NCBI GenBank assembly: GCA_964016885.1
Contig: OZ024744.1
Coordinates: 5,580,001-5,644,000 of the forward strand
Origin: Eledone cirrhosa
Taxonomy: Eukaryota
DNA length: 64,000 nt
Direction of reading: 5' to 3'
Below, in pieces: positions 12,101 to 25,291 of the stretch; positions within the stretch are counted from its first letter, which is position 1, and every line of letters starts with the position of its first letter. Both the position numbers and the translations under genes were made by a program. The notes beneath the pieces were generated by a model. It was not told the origin of the DNA. It did no database searches and saw nothing but the letters and a program-made list of their open reading frames with translations.

Positions 12101-13648
12101 GGTATTATTTATCTCAGTATTCAGATCATTGTCTGCTTCGGGTGGTTCCTCCGTTCTCAGGACCTCTTCACCTTCATTTCCCACTGGCTCGCTTGTCGGG
12201 CATACTACACCCGCCATCTCCCAGCCATTCTCTCTGCTCAGTTCCTCCAGTTCCAGCTCGCTTATCCACCCATTCGTTGTTATTACCCGAGCCTGCCCGG
12301 CCAATTTTTGTTCATCTAATTTAAATAAACCAATCTCGTTCCAGATGTTTGCATCCGTCTCCTGTAGCCCCTCTCCTTGGGGTTACTTTTCAGGTAACAT
12401 TGCATAACAGTTCTATTCAATTCTTTCGTCCAGTTGGTCCTGGCCCCTTTCCTTCTTCTCCTTCCTCCAACATCAGCAGTATTTGGTTGACAGTCAGGTT
12501 CCTGCTGCTGAGCCAGGGGGCACCTGTTGGGTGAGAGTCTGTCACATGACGTTCTAGTCTCCATTTCACCGTTATTCGAACTGTTTATGTTCGATATTTA
12601 AACACTCTTATCGAGGATTGGCGAATGTATGGTTACATAACCATCTGTGGATCCGCCATTCCACTTGGCCCTTGTGTGGAATTATCACCACGCTGTATAC
12701 GAACACACATAAACAAACAAACACACAGGCAGAAAGGGCCCCAAAAATGAATAAGCATAAGTTTCATTGTAATGTAGTGTTCGAATGTCTGACTTAGTTT
12801 TTGTTTTTTAAGTTTTAGTTTCTCCCCCCTCTTCTCTGTCCGTCCGCCTGCTTCTCTCTTCATTCTTATTTTCTTTACGTTTTGGGGTTTTTTTTTTTGT
12901 TTTTGTTTTTCTCTGTTTGTTTTTCTCGTTTTTTGCTGTTGTTGCTGTGCTGCTTTGGTTTTGTTGTTTGTTTTTTCTTTTTTCTTTTTTCTTTTGAGTC
13001 TATCTATATATTTTGATGCCTTCCTCTTTTTTAGCAGTAAGGATTCTATAATGTGGAAGTGGCAGCCAGCTGGAAGAGGTGGGAGACTGGCGGCGGTAGC
13101 GATACTGAGACAGTGGTGGTGGTGATGTCGATACCGAGGCAGTGGTGGCGATGATGTGACCGTATTACTGTAGTGATGGTGCTGTAGCGGTGGTAGCAGT
13201 GAAGGAGTGAAGGGGTGGTGGCGGCGGTGATGGGATAATGGTGGTAATGATGGCCGTAGTGAGCGGTGGTGGTGAAAATGCCGTTATCTGGCTGTTGTGT
13301 TTAGTGGACACAGGTGATGGGGCGGGTGGTGTATCTAGTTTCTGGTGTTGGTGAGTTTGGCTGTTCTATATAGTGTAGACAGAGGAGAGGAGGGGGGGGG
13401 GGGGTTCTTCTTCCATTTATAGCCATTTTCTTTTTGGGATATACAGTGTACAATACAAAGTTGAATATTTGAATATTTGAACCTTATAACAATATATTTT
13501 GGGTCCGAATTTTTTGGGGCTCAAGCCGGGTGCTTTACGTAGCATTTGTACTAAGAGTTGTTATTTCACAAATGATTTAAATATGTTAAAAATTCAAAAC
13601 TTACGGGAGCGATTTCATGACCTCCGTCACCTCGTGCGTCTTCTTCCC
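9154..13648 (-). mobile_element. R4/Dong-clade retrotransposon, array unit 3 (~101 bp deletion at ~12022; diverged 5' part)
   Basis: ORF 9274..11961 intact from the pre-RT region to the C-terminus; N-terminal fragments 12014..12304 and 12316..12564 are frameshifted. Confidence 0.92.
9274..12564 (-). pseudogene. RT-RLE ORF of unit 3, disrupted N-terminally
   Basis: caaggta|ccactaaa junction removes ~101 bp relative to unit 2; a further frameshift near 12348. Confidence 0.85.
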
Positions 13649-13695
<47 letters not shown>

Positions 13696-16600
13696 GTTAT
13701 TGTTATTCCTTGAATCTCAGTCATTGATGTTGGTTAACTGGAAAGTCCGTTGGATTGAATATCAAGCCACTACCTGCAGCCTCAGATATTCAGGACGTAT
13801 CGGAGGGTTCTTGCCGTTCCAAGCAAGCATGCCTTTTGAAGCGTTCCAAAAAGCGTGAAGGGGCCGATTTTCTTTAACCATCCCTGGAAACCTTTGGAGA
13901 TAGTCCCCAGTGCGCCTATGACAATCGGGATCACTTTGACTTCATGGCAGTTCCAAATCCTTTTCACCTCCCACTTTAGGTCCTGGTATCGGTTAATTTT
14001 CTCCCTCTCCTTCTCTTGCACTCTCGTGTCGAACGGGCAGGCCACATCCACAATCAGGCACGATCTTTTTTCTTTGTCCACAACCACCAGGTCAGGTCTA
14101 TTGTGTTCCAGTTTTTTGTCCGTCTGTATCCTAAAATCCCACAGCACCTTCACCTGACTGTTCTCCATCACCGCCTCTGGCCTATGCTCATACCATTTCT
14201 CAGAATGTGGTAGATTGTTTACTTTGCACAGGTGCCAGTGGATCACCCTGCCCATCACATCGTGTCTCCAGCCCTTATAGTGGGTCTGGGCTAGGTGTTT
14301 ACACTCGGACACAATGTGAGCCACAGTCTCCTCTCTCTCTCCACAGATCCTGCACAGTGGGCTAGCCTCCTCCTTGTAGATATGGTGCTTCAACCACTTC
14401 GTTTTGAGGGCCTGCTCCTGCGCAGCCATTAGCATTCCTTCTGTAGCCTTTTTGAGGTCTCCTCTTCTCAACCAGTTCCATGTCTGTGGATCTCTAAATT
14501 CAGTTTTCTCAAAGAAGGTACTATGAAGGGATTTTCCCTTAAGGCTGCTCTTCCTCCTTGATGTTATTTCCTCCTTGGGTATCCCCTGGCCTACTGTCCC
14601 CTCCTTCAGTACAGCTCTGAGCATTGGCTCCTTACTATAGGTCACGTATTTGTATAGGTTGTTTTTCTCCATCTGAACACAGTCCTCTATGCTGATAAGA
14701 CCTCTTCCACCCTCAGATCTCCTTAGGTAGAGTCTATCGACATCACTCCTCTTGTGGAACATGTTGTAGATAGTCAATAGCTTCCTAGTCTTCCTATCCA
14801 TTTCTTTTTGTTCAGCAACATTCCATCTCAGAATTCCCGCACTGTACCTAATAATAGACACAGCTCGGGAATTTACTGCGCTTATGGCATTTCTGCTGTT
14901 CAGATGTGACTTCAATACGCTCCTTTCTCTCCGAATGTATTCAGTTCTTAACAATTCCTTCATTTTTTTGTTCTTTATGCCATCAGCCTCCAGAACGCCC
15001 AAATACTTGTATCCTTCCTCAGAGTCAATTTCCTTTATCATCTCACCTGTTGGTATCTGGATCCCGTTACTTCTGCTCAACCTACCCCTCCTCATCACAA
15101 TGACTCCACATTTACCAATACCAAACTGCATACATATATCACTGCTGAAAATACGGACAGTGTCAACAAGCACATCCAACTCCTTCTCACTTTTCCCGAA
15201 GAGCTTAAGATCGTCCATGAAGAGGAGGTGATTGATGGTAAGCTCTCCCCTTCCCAACTTGTATCCTGCTCTCACTTTTCGCAGCATAATGGTCAAGGGC
15301 ATCAGGGCAAGGACAAACAACAGAGGGGACAGGCTATCTCCCTGGAAGATACCTCTCTTGATCTTCACGCTTCCCAAGGATACTCCAGTTGATGTCAACT
15401 CTGTCTCCCAGGACCCCATACTCCTGCCCAGCAACTGTCTGATGTTATCTGCCACCCTGAAGATCTCCAGGCTTTTGGTGATCCAGGAATGAGGCACCAT
15501 GTCAAATGCCTTTCTGTAGTCTATCCATCCCATGGCAAGATCAGTGTGTCTCCTCCTGCAATTCCCCATTACCATCTTATCAATAAGCAACTGGTCCTTT
15601 GTACCACGTGACTTCTTTCGGCATCCTTTCTGTTCGTCCGGCAACAAGTTGTTTGTGTGGTGGTGATGGTAGATTTCCTCAGACACAATGCTCGTCAACA
15701 GTTTCCACATTACGGGCAGACATGTGATAGGTCTATAGTTGGTAACATCATTACCCTTGATTCGGTCTTTCATTATCAGAACTGTGGTACCTTTTGTCAA
15801 CCACTCTGGCACCTCACCCGACACCAAGCAGTCATTGAACATGGCCGTCAGCTTCGGGTGGAGGGATGTTAAATGTTTAATCCAATACCCCTGCACACCA
15901 TCTGGGCCTGGTGATTTCCAGTTGGTTAGTTTTTTGGCTTGCCCCTTAAGAGTTTCAACTGTGATACTCAAATCAGTCTGTTGCTGTGCCTGCTCACCGA
16001 TCTCCCTCTGTATTGTCTCAATCCACCCTGCCTGGGCATTGTGTCTAACATCCTGCTCCCATATTCCTCTCCAGAATGTTTTAGCTTGTTCCGCCCCAGG
16101 GATCAAGTCGTTGCCTCTTTCTTTCCCCTCAAGCTGTCCAAACAGCATCTTCTGGTTGTTGTCGAACATGCGGTTCTGTTTATACTGACTGACTCTGTTC
16201 TCGTATCGCCTGATTTTGGCACTCTTTGCTACAATGCGTTGCTTCAATTCCTCTATGATAATATTTAGCTTTTTACTCCTAGTTTTGTATTTTATTTCCA
16301 GTCTATTTTTAGTGCCTATGTTTTTTAGTGTCCCATTCAGTAGTGACTCAAGCTTTCCTATGTCATTTCTCATTTCCCCGATTTGCCCACTCAGTCGCTT
16401 CTTCCACCACGGCTCTGCTCTTTCTTGTCTGTTGTTTCCTCTCGCTTTTATACCAAGTAGTTTCCTCACCGTATTTGCTGTTGCTTTGAGGATATTGTTG
16501 CACTGGTGAAGACTCCTCGCCTCAAGGTATGGGATGACTTTGTTTACCTTAGCTGTTGTTTCTTTTAACTTTTTCCTGTCTAGAAATCTTAGGTTCATAG

Positions 16601-16895
16601 GTCTCCCACTATCATTGTTCAACTCATCTACCACTAAATTTAGGATGTCAACCGAATCTTGTCCTAGCCCGTCAGCATTCATCTCCTCAGTGGCCGTATC
16701 TCTGTTCCAGGTATTATTTATCTCAGTATTCAGATCATTGTCTGCTTCGGGTGGTTCCTCCGCTCTCAGGACCTCCTCACCTTCATTTCCCGCCGGCTCG
16801 CTTGTCTGGCATACTACACCCGCCATCTCCAAGCCATTCTCTCTGCTCAGTTCCTCCAGTTCCAGCTCGCTTATCCACCCATTAGTTCTTATTAC
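13649..16895 (-). mobile_element. R4/Dong-clade retrotransposon, 5'-truncated unit 4, flanked by TAA repeats on both sides
   Basis: Open frame from VIRTNGW to YVLNI* (13782); tail 13649-13707; (ATT)n begins at the truncation point. Confidence 0.92.
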
Positions 16896-16973
<78 letters not shown>

Positions 16974-17086
16974 CCCCCTCCTCCCCCTCCCTCTTCTTCT
17001 TCTTCTTCTTCTTCTTCTTCTTCTTCTTCTTCTTCTTCTTCTTCTTCTTCTTCTTCTTCTTCTTCTTCTTGTTCTTCTTCTTCTTC
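16896..17086. repeat. (ATT)n then (CTT)n microsatellites
   Basis: Visible directly: 16896-16973 and ~16992-17086. Confidence 0.95.
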
Positions 17087-17230
17087 GCCCACTTATTCCT
17101 GAGAGGGTCGTGAGGGCAGAGTCGTCCTCAAACACCCCTCTAGCGGATCTTGTCAGAAGCAACCGTCTCCAACAGATCTGGCTGTGATCTCTCAATTCGG
17201 AGAAGTAGGGACTCTACCTGGAGTGACTCT
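16992..17230 (-). mobile_element. Probable 3' fragment of an RTE-like LINE/SINE with (GAA)n tail
   Basis: Short unique segment (..SQICWRRLLL..) running into a (GAA)n tail on the minus strand. Confidence 0.4.
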
Positions 17231-17892
17231 CTTATTTCCGAGTTACGAACTCAATCAAATGAATATTTCGGTCACTCGTATTCGCGATCGTATTATTTTG
17301 GTAATTGTTTCTAGGTTGTCTCCCTTGATTTTGTTTTTTAAAAACCAGAATTAGTTGTTTAGTTTACCTATCAAGACCTCCAACTCCTATTTATTTTATA
17401 ACGAGCCTATTTATTTTATAACATATGGAGTTTCTTGTAATGTAATTTTTTGTCATGTATAATGTTTTTTAATGTCTAAAGAAAATTAATGCTACAACTT
17501 AAAATAAAATTTTACAGGAGATAGGTTAGCAAAATTTGATAAGTGGAGGGGTGGAATAAAAGCGGCATGGGGTGTGTAGAAAAAATCTGAAAAATTGATA
17601 AGCAGGGTGCGGGGGTGATTATTCGAGACTTGAGGGTAGGTGTTTACAAGCGCCTGGAAATTTTCCCTCGCTGAAGGATATCTTTTGTCCTATAACAGTT
17701 ACACAAGACTTGATTTCCTGTTGAGAGATATCGCTGGAGTTGGAAACATTTTGGTTCTAAATCACCTAAAATCGGCCATATTAGACAGAAATGTTTCTTA
17801 AATTCTTTACATTTATCTAAATAATTTCCACCATAATTTTCTTTTTTATATACGAAGCTTTGTTAAGCTATGTTCAAAACATTAATTTTACA

Positions 17893-17995
17893 ATGGTTTC
17901 TACTTTAGGTACAAGGTCAGTAATTTGGGAAGAAGGCAATGTCGATTATATCGACCAAGTTCTTTACTGATATTTTATTTTATCAACCCCGGAAT
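17893..17995 (-). mobile_element. Degraded 3' part of the SINE family seen at 59701
   Basis: gtttctactttaggtacaaggtcagtaatt...ttttatcaaccccgg matches the reverse complement of 59820-59890. Confidence 0.6.
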
Positions 17996-18029
17996 GATAA
18001 TTTTTGAAGATCTTGAAAATCACAGGCAT

Positions 18030-18301
18030 TGTCTAAGTCTCGTTTGTCTTGAGCCCGCAGGCTTATCAAACCGGCGTTTATCTCATGTTATGTGGCATTA
18101 AGCGAATGAGGTTACAAGACTCCACCCCTGGACAGGATTCTAGTCCATCTCAGAGATAGACTCATTTTCAGCTGAGTATACTGGAGCAACAGGAAATGAA
18201 GTGTTTTGTTCAAAAACAGAACACACAACCAGGTTCAGGAATCGAACCCATGACGTTATGTTCATAAATCCAACACACTTACCACTAGGCCATACACCTC
18301 C
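18030..18301 (-). mobile_element. tRNA-derived SINE (second family)
   Basis: Minus-strand A box TGGCCTAGTGG and B box GGTTCGATTCC followed by a non-tRNA body. Confidence 0.65.
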
Positions 18302-18639
18302 ACAGCCAGTGTCTTTTATTAGAAATAAGGTAATAAAAAAGTCAATATCTAGAACATGTCAAATAGGCAACATTTACAGTTATATTTTATTGAACATTGT
18401 TCAAATTCATCGTTATTCACTTTCTAGGAAAAATTAGGTCAGGGAAGCAAACTTTACGCCATTCTTTGAGCTAAAACACTAAAGATAGTTATGATAAATT
18501 CCTATTGGAAACGTGCGTGGCAAGTCTCATATAATTACTTTTATTGCTGTCCAGTGATCTTATCGCTGTCTGATAGACAATTATTTTGAAAAGATAGAAA
18601 ACATACAATCTCCGTTGTTGCTATTTCGAAAGTGGAATG

Positions 18640-18700
<61 letters not shown>

Positions 18701-18787
18701 AGAGTATACATGAGAAGAACATGTCTTTTCATTATAGGGTGTATCTTTTACTCCGTTGCTTCATTTGATATATATATATATATATGT

Positions 18788-18824
<37 letters not shown>

Positions 18825-18874
18825 GAAGGCGTCTGCAGTGCTGAGACCATTAATCACGGGAAGATGCAGGTATT

Positions 18875-18958
18875 GAGAGATGTAAAATCCTGACCGCGTT
18901 ACCAAGCGGTTTCGGATCCAGAAAGGCTTTGCGACGCGGTCAGGATTTACATTTCTCT
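18875..18958. repeat. Fold-back inverted repeat with the 3' half of a hammerhead-like motif
   Basis: gagagatgtaaaatcctgaccgcgt ... acgcggtcaggatttacatttctc; minus strand reads GAAA-ccgc-loop-gcgg-TC-agga. Confidence 0.55.
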
Positions 18959-19167
18959 CTCTTTTGAAACTATCATTCAAAAGATGATTTCTTTTGAAGG
19001 AAATAGTTCTAGACCTGTAGAAGCCATTCCTATATTAAACATGATATTTCCAATTCCAACGCTAAGACCCTCTTCCAACGTTAAGACCCTCTTTCTGCTA
19101 TTTCAACCGTTAACCTAATATATTCCTTCCATATACTGTACCGATTGTGTTGTTATTTTTGTTTATC

Positions 19168-19252
<85 letters not shown>

Positions 19253-19369
19253 CATATATGAATATATATATGTATATATATATATATCAAATTATAAATG
19301 CGAGGAAAGAATAGACAAAGAATTAGCTATTTTTTCTTCAAAGTCCCTACTGCAGTTTCATCGACTAGT

Positions 19370-22303
19370 GTAGCAGCACTGATGCACCAGAGAAGTGCAC
19401 CAACACCATGAGGCTGTCGAATCAAGGAGGCACCTCATTTCGTGGAGTTTCCTGACCTAACCGTTACAGAGTGAATATTTCTCTGGAAGGTAAATTGTCA
19501 CGTGGCATAGGTCACAGAAGGGAGGCAAAGGCCAGATATTTGGCAGGTACTACATTTGCTAGAAAAAAGACCCATTACCCGCCTATTTAACTCATATATA
19601 CATGGAATTCCCATGTGTCTGTGGAAAGATATTCTCCACTGAATGCAGCCTGAACACCCACCGTACGAAAAAAGGCCGTGAGAAGACTTTGTCGAATGAA
19701 CAGCAGTGCATTGCTCCAGCATATAACGTCGGAAAACCAAGGCCAGGAGTGAAACCACGGTGCAAAGAACAACCATGCTATTAATTCAGACAGGTTCTCG
19801 TTGCTAAGGGCTGTAAGCTTAACTTTAAACCTGCAAGTGCCAAAGAGGAATGGGAGACGTTGGACGGGAATATAGTCCAGAAATTGAATGTGCTCATGGA
19901 ACACAAATTAGCCACATTCGGAGACTTTGTTTGCTTAATCTGCAAAGATACCGATGGAGTAAGACAACTAACAAAAACACGGTCTCGGAGATCCAGACGT
20001 CAGTGAGAGATGGATAATATTCGGAGGAAAAAAAGTGTCCTCAAGAAACAGATGAAGGTTATCTCGGCCTCTGAACTCCAAAGGTTAGAAGAAGTCTGGA
20101 GAGATCTCAAAGCAAGACTGTGCTTTCAGCAAAGCAGCAACAGCTAGGAAGAAAAAGACACGCGATTGCTTCTTTAGAGACCCTTTCCAGTTCGCCAGGA
20201 AACTCTTCGAACAACTCACAATGGATAAAGAAGCTCTTGAACAGCATCTTAGAGCTACATACTCTGATCCACAGAGCAGCCTAGGGTCTGGTGGGGTTAG
20301 TTCTGCCAGAGGAATTTTCGATGACAGGTCACCAACACTGGGTTAAGTGAAGGTGGTTAAGAAAGCCAGGGCCAAATCATCGGAACACCATATCGGTTGT
20401 ACAAGAAATGCCACAGAGTCCTTGAGTGGCTCCACAAAATGATACGGTCATCATAGAAGAACTTATTAAGTAGAGACAAATAGATGAGAGCTGAGGGTAC
20501 ATACATCCCGAAAGAGCAAAATTCAAGCGACATCAGCCAATTCAGACTGATATCACTTCTGAACGTTGAAGGTAAGATTCTTTTCTCTGTTATGGCTGCA
20601 AAGCTAACTAGAATAAATACCTGAATATATCAGTCTAGAAGGGAGGCATCCATGGGGTGTCTGGTTGTGTAGAACATGTCTCAATGATTTGGGAGGCAAT
20701 CCAAAGAGTTAAAGTAGAAAAGAGAGATATTGATGTGGAGTGGCTTGATCTGGCTAGTACCTACATTTTGGTCCCACACAAGATGATACAACTAGCTCTC
20801 GAAATATATCATGTTTCAAAGAATATCTGGGAATTGCTAAAGAAGTATTTTCATGGGTTCTCTATGCAGTACTTCACCAAAGAGTATACAACAGTCTGGA
20901 TCAATTTGGATGTTGGCATAGCAATGGGCTGTGAAACCGTTCCTACACATTTTGTATTTGAAATGGCAGTCATCCTGAAGGTGGCAATAAACTGGTCAGC
21001 TCCAACAGTGCTGGGAGAGGGATTCCTCTAAAAGCCTTTATTGTCGACACTACAGTCCTTGCCACAAAGGAAGGTGAAACACGTAGGCTACTTGGACAGT
21101 TGGATGAGGTAGTTGCATCTGCCAAAACCCCCCCAAAATCTCTGAGCCTCTCTCTGCAGAAGGGGGAAATAATGGGACCGGTGGTATTCACAGTAGCCAA
21201 CCAAACAACCAAAATATCCCAAAAGTGGCTGAGGAACCAATAAAAAATCTCGGAGGATGGTATGACAACACTCACAAAGATGTGAAAAGGGAGCCAAAAC
21301 CTAGCACATGGCGGGAAAAGGTGTGCAGGTCATAGATCAATGTGGACTCTCTGGGAAATATAAGGTGTGGTGGTTGAAATTCATGTTGATACCAAAGCTT
21401 CTCTAGCTTCTATAGATATACGATATCAGCTCTAGTACGGTGGAGGCCATGTAGGCCCAAATCAACAAATACACGAGGTTTGACTGATGTTGCACTCTAC
21501 TGCCGCCAGACCAAGTTGATGCTACCCCTCAAAGCTACCGTTGAGGAGTATAAAATCAGAAAATCCAAGCTCTTGACCATGCTTGAGAACTTGGAAGACA
21601 AGGCTGTGAGGGCGATTCAGACAGAAAAGGGAAGGTCTAGGAGGCAGTAGATGCATCAAAAGAAAGCCTTAATATCAGAGATGTAATGGGACACACTCAG
21701 GTCAATAGGTAAGGACTGGACGTAACAAAAATTGAACGGTGGTCAGAAGTCAAGGGAAAGATGAGGAGAGATCTGATTTTACAGAAGCTGAAGAAAGAAG
21801 AGGATTCCAGAAGACACCGGAAGACAGTTCAGCAGAGCCAACAGGGCTAGTGAACGATATGGGTAGGGGCACTCTAGAAGTCTCTCGGTTGGAAGGACTT
21901 GTGGCATATGGCGCCTCTCAGAATCAGTTTCTCCTCAGATTTGTCTATGATCTCCTGAACACGTGAGGGCAAATCAGATAACGCTGAGCGCCCACTCTAC
22001 CAGGATAGACAGACAGTGGAACACGTTCTGAGCTCTTGTAGAGTAGCACTATCCCAGGGAAGACACACGTGGAGATACAATCAAGTGCTGAAGGAGGTCA
22101 AACATGTGATAAACACGGCAAAAGAAAAATCCGCACTACAAGAATATCCAACAACAGTTCATAAGACAGGATGCAGCAAGTCATGGCCAGGTAGACTTAC
22201 GGTATCGAGTGTTCTGGGTGATGTGGGTGGCCGGGGTGTACAGTAGACCTACCACGGTCAGCAAAACAAACAGAAATCACCAGAAAGAGTGTTTTGAGGC
22301 CGG

Positions 22304-22306
<3 letters not shown>
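19370..22306 (+). mobile_element. Decayed HERO/NeSL-type RLE non-LTR retrotransposon, cut at the RLE motif
   Basis: CVCGK..H zinc finger; FRLISLLNVEGKIFFSV; SGCVEHVSMIWEAIQ..WLDLA; EHVLSSCRVALSQGRHTWRYNQVL; ends LRPDI at a (TA)n tract; many stops. Confidence 0.7.
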
Positions 22307-22329
<23 letters not shown>

Positions 22330-22334
<5 letters not shown>

Positions 22335-25186
22335 GGGTATGACATTAAACTACATCCAGTGGCAAGGCTCCAGTTCGGGAGTTCAGGAGATGTGGGGAAT
22401 GTGGAGTTACCCCTTAGTTGTCTGACTCCCAGGTCTGCCCTGGCCCGGGGTGGTAGTACCTGTTAGGGCTCCATTTATGGGTTAAATAACTACCTTATTC
22501 GAGTGGCGCCGGTAAGGTATTGTCAGCCATTGAAAAGAAATATGGAGAGTCGATCTAACAGCAGTAGGGTTAGAGCCCCTAATTACACTGTCAAGGAGCA
22601 GCCTGGTCGTTATGACTCTGCTGGCTTAGAGCCACAGAGAGGGCCAGTGGATGATGGATCAGCTGTCTCTGAGACAAATATAAAGAATGCAGTTTTGTCC
22701 TGCAGAAGAGCCATCAAAATGGGCACTTTGAATGTGAGGACTATTCGGACGCTGGAGAAGAGAGAGGAGTTGGGACATCTGTTCGAGGAGAGTGGTATAC
22801 AGATACTTGCGATCCAAGAACACAGGATTCTACACGATGAGCCTGTGAGGAGTGTGATGATCGGGAAGAGGAGTCAGCTCATCACTACATCGGCAGTGAG
22901 GAACATGACCAATGCTGCAGTGGGAGGAGTGGGTTTTGTGTTCAGTGCAAAAACCAATCTGTTGGTGAGGGAAATAATGCCTATCTCCCCGCAAGTGTTG
23001 AGGGTGACCTTCAATGGAAACCCAAGACTGACAGTCATCTCAGCCTATAGTCCAACCGAGGGGGACAGTGATGTGAATGCGGAAGAGTTCCATGAGAAGG
23101 TGTGTAGAGCTGTCAACACCACTCAGGCACACAATATCCTGCTTGTTTTGGGGGACTTCAGTGCACATCTGAGTAAGGAGGGCAGTGAAGATCCTTGCTG
23201 GTACTTCCATAACAACACCAACCGAAATGGAAGACTACTGAGAGACACCCTGCTGGAGGCGAACTTGATGGCGACCAACCTAAGGTTTAGGAAGAATCTG
23301 GGGAAGATGTGGACCTACATCTCAGATATGCACCTGTCCAAGTCCCAGATTGATTTCATTCTGGTGAGGAAAAAGTGGCGGAATAGTGTTCTGAACACGG
23401 AACCCTACAGCTATTAGAGGAGGCACTGATAGAGAAGATCAGAAGTGTGGAGAGAGCGGTTGACGGATCTGGATGTAAGGAGAGCTGGATGATCATCAAC
23501 GAGATCACAGAGAGGAAGAGAAGGTGTTCGAGTCAGATCCAGGGAACGGGGCCCGAGGATAGGAAGAGGAAATGGCTAGACCATTTTAGGATCCTACTAG
23601 GAGAGCCACCCTCCACAGCCCAGAGCACTGGGGAGATCAGGCGGCTGTTTGAGGAACTGGATGTTGAGACAGAGCCCTTCACCAGAGAGGAGCTTCAGAG
23701 AGCCAAGAAGAGGATCAAGGAGGGCAAGGCTCATGGAGAAGATGGAGTGGCATCAGAGGTGATGAAGAGGTGTGATTTTGATGATATCATCCTGGGGTTC
23801 TGTAACGGGGTACTGGAGAAAGGAGTTGCCCCGAATCAGTGGAGGATCAGTAACATCGTCCCAGTGCCAAAGAAGGGAGATCTCTCTAACACCAACAACT
23901 ACCGGGGGATCTCACTGACGTCACTTGTGGCAAAGACCCTCAACAGGATGATTCTTAACAGGATCCAGCCTGAGAGGGAGAAGAAGCTCAGGGACAACCA
24001 GAACGGCTTCAGAGAGGGTAGATCAACCACCAGTCACATCCTGATGCTGAGGAGGATATTAGAGGGAGCTAGAGCAAAGTGCCTTCCTGCGGTCATGGTT
24101 TTCATTGACATTAGGAAGGCCTTTGATTCTGTGGACCGTTACTGCCTGATGAAGATCTTACAGGCTTATGGAATCCCCAAGAGGATAGTGGACCTGATAT
24201 CACTGCTCTACACCAACACCAAAGCCCAAGTCATTACACCTGATGGGATGACAGAGTTCTTTGAGATACTGGCTGGAGTGCTCCAGGGAGATACATTGGC
24301 TCCCTACCTTTTTATCATCGTAGTGGACTATTGTATGCGCCTTGCACTGGAGAAACACCAGGACACTGGCTTTACTGTAGCACCGGCTCAGAGCAGGAGG
24401 GTTAGGGCGAAAAAGGTATCGGATGCGGAATTTGCCGACGACATAGATTTGGTGACAAACACAGTGAAGGAGGCGAGGATTTGATGCGGGAGGTTGAGAC
24501 TGTGTCGATGAGTGTGGGGCTGAGAATGAATGAGACTAAAACAAAATATCTGGTAGAGAATGTTGAGAAGCCAGAGGGGATCACTAATGTAGGCGGGAGG
24601 CCGCTGGAATTGGTTGAGGACTTCCTGTATTTGGGAGCAAAGATTGGGAATACGGAGGATGATGTGGTTGAGAGGAAGAGCAAGGCCTGGGCGGCGTGCC
24701 ACAGCTTGAGATCGGTGTGGAAGTCGGACCTTCGTAGAGACCTGAAAATCCGCCTCTTCATTGCTGTAGTGGAGTCTGTGCTGCTGTATGGGTCTGAGAC
24801 TTGGACACTGACCAAGAAACTCACTCAGATGGTGGATGGGTGCTACACGAGAATGCTGAGGATGGCTCTGAACATTAATCAGTATACACTGAGGATGAAA
24901 AACTCAGAGCTGTATGGGAGCATCCCAAAAGTCAGCTCAAAAGTGACACAGAGGAGACTGAGGTTAGCTGGACATGCTCACCGACATCCAGAGTTGACAT
25001 TGCACTCAGTACTCCTTTGGGAGCCCCTACATGGACACACTAGAAGAGGAAGACCAAGGTTAACATATGTTGATGCCCTAAGGACAGACACTGGTCTGTT
25101 GGAGATGCAGGACATGGCAGCGATAATGAGGGACAGAGACCGCTGGAGAGAACTCGTCCATGGATCTCGGGAATTTTACCCGCCTT

Positions 25187-25188
<2 letters not shown>
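22330..25188 (+). mobile_element. RTE-group LINE (APE + RT) inserted in (TA)n
   Basis: GTLNVRT, IQEHR, LGDFSAH, QIDFIL (APE); NYRGISL, GVLQGDTLAP, FADD (RT); LAGHAHRH..RGRPRL; (TA)n at 22305-22329 and 25189-25231. Confidence 0.85.
22503..25188 (+). pseudogene. APE-RT ORF in three pieces (22503..23417, 23447..24484, 24481..25188)
   Basis: Apparent internal deletion near 23410 (APE SDH motif missing) and a frameshift after FADD. Confidence 0.8.
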
Positions 25189-25236
<48 letters not shown>

Positions 25237-25291
25237 GTGAGGTTTTTTTTACAAAATGAAAAATAACCGAGGTGTCCTACACGAGTGGAAG

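Noticed and set aside
30-16509. Plus-strand ORFs recurring in each array unit
   Set aside because: Antisense shadows of the RT ORF; they recur only because the units are near-identical
942-16895. Bacterial RT system (retron, group II intron, DGR) or telomeric retrotransposon array
   Set aside because: Domain order and motifs are those of eukaryotic R4-clade elements; no TTAGGG-type repeats
13782-17195. 1137 aa ORF with poly-Arg/poly-Ile N-terminus as a novel fusion protein
   Set aside because: Non-ATG start; chance read-through of (GAA)n and (ATA)n into the 5'-truncated unit 4
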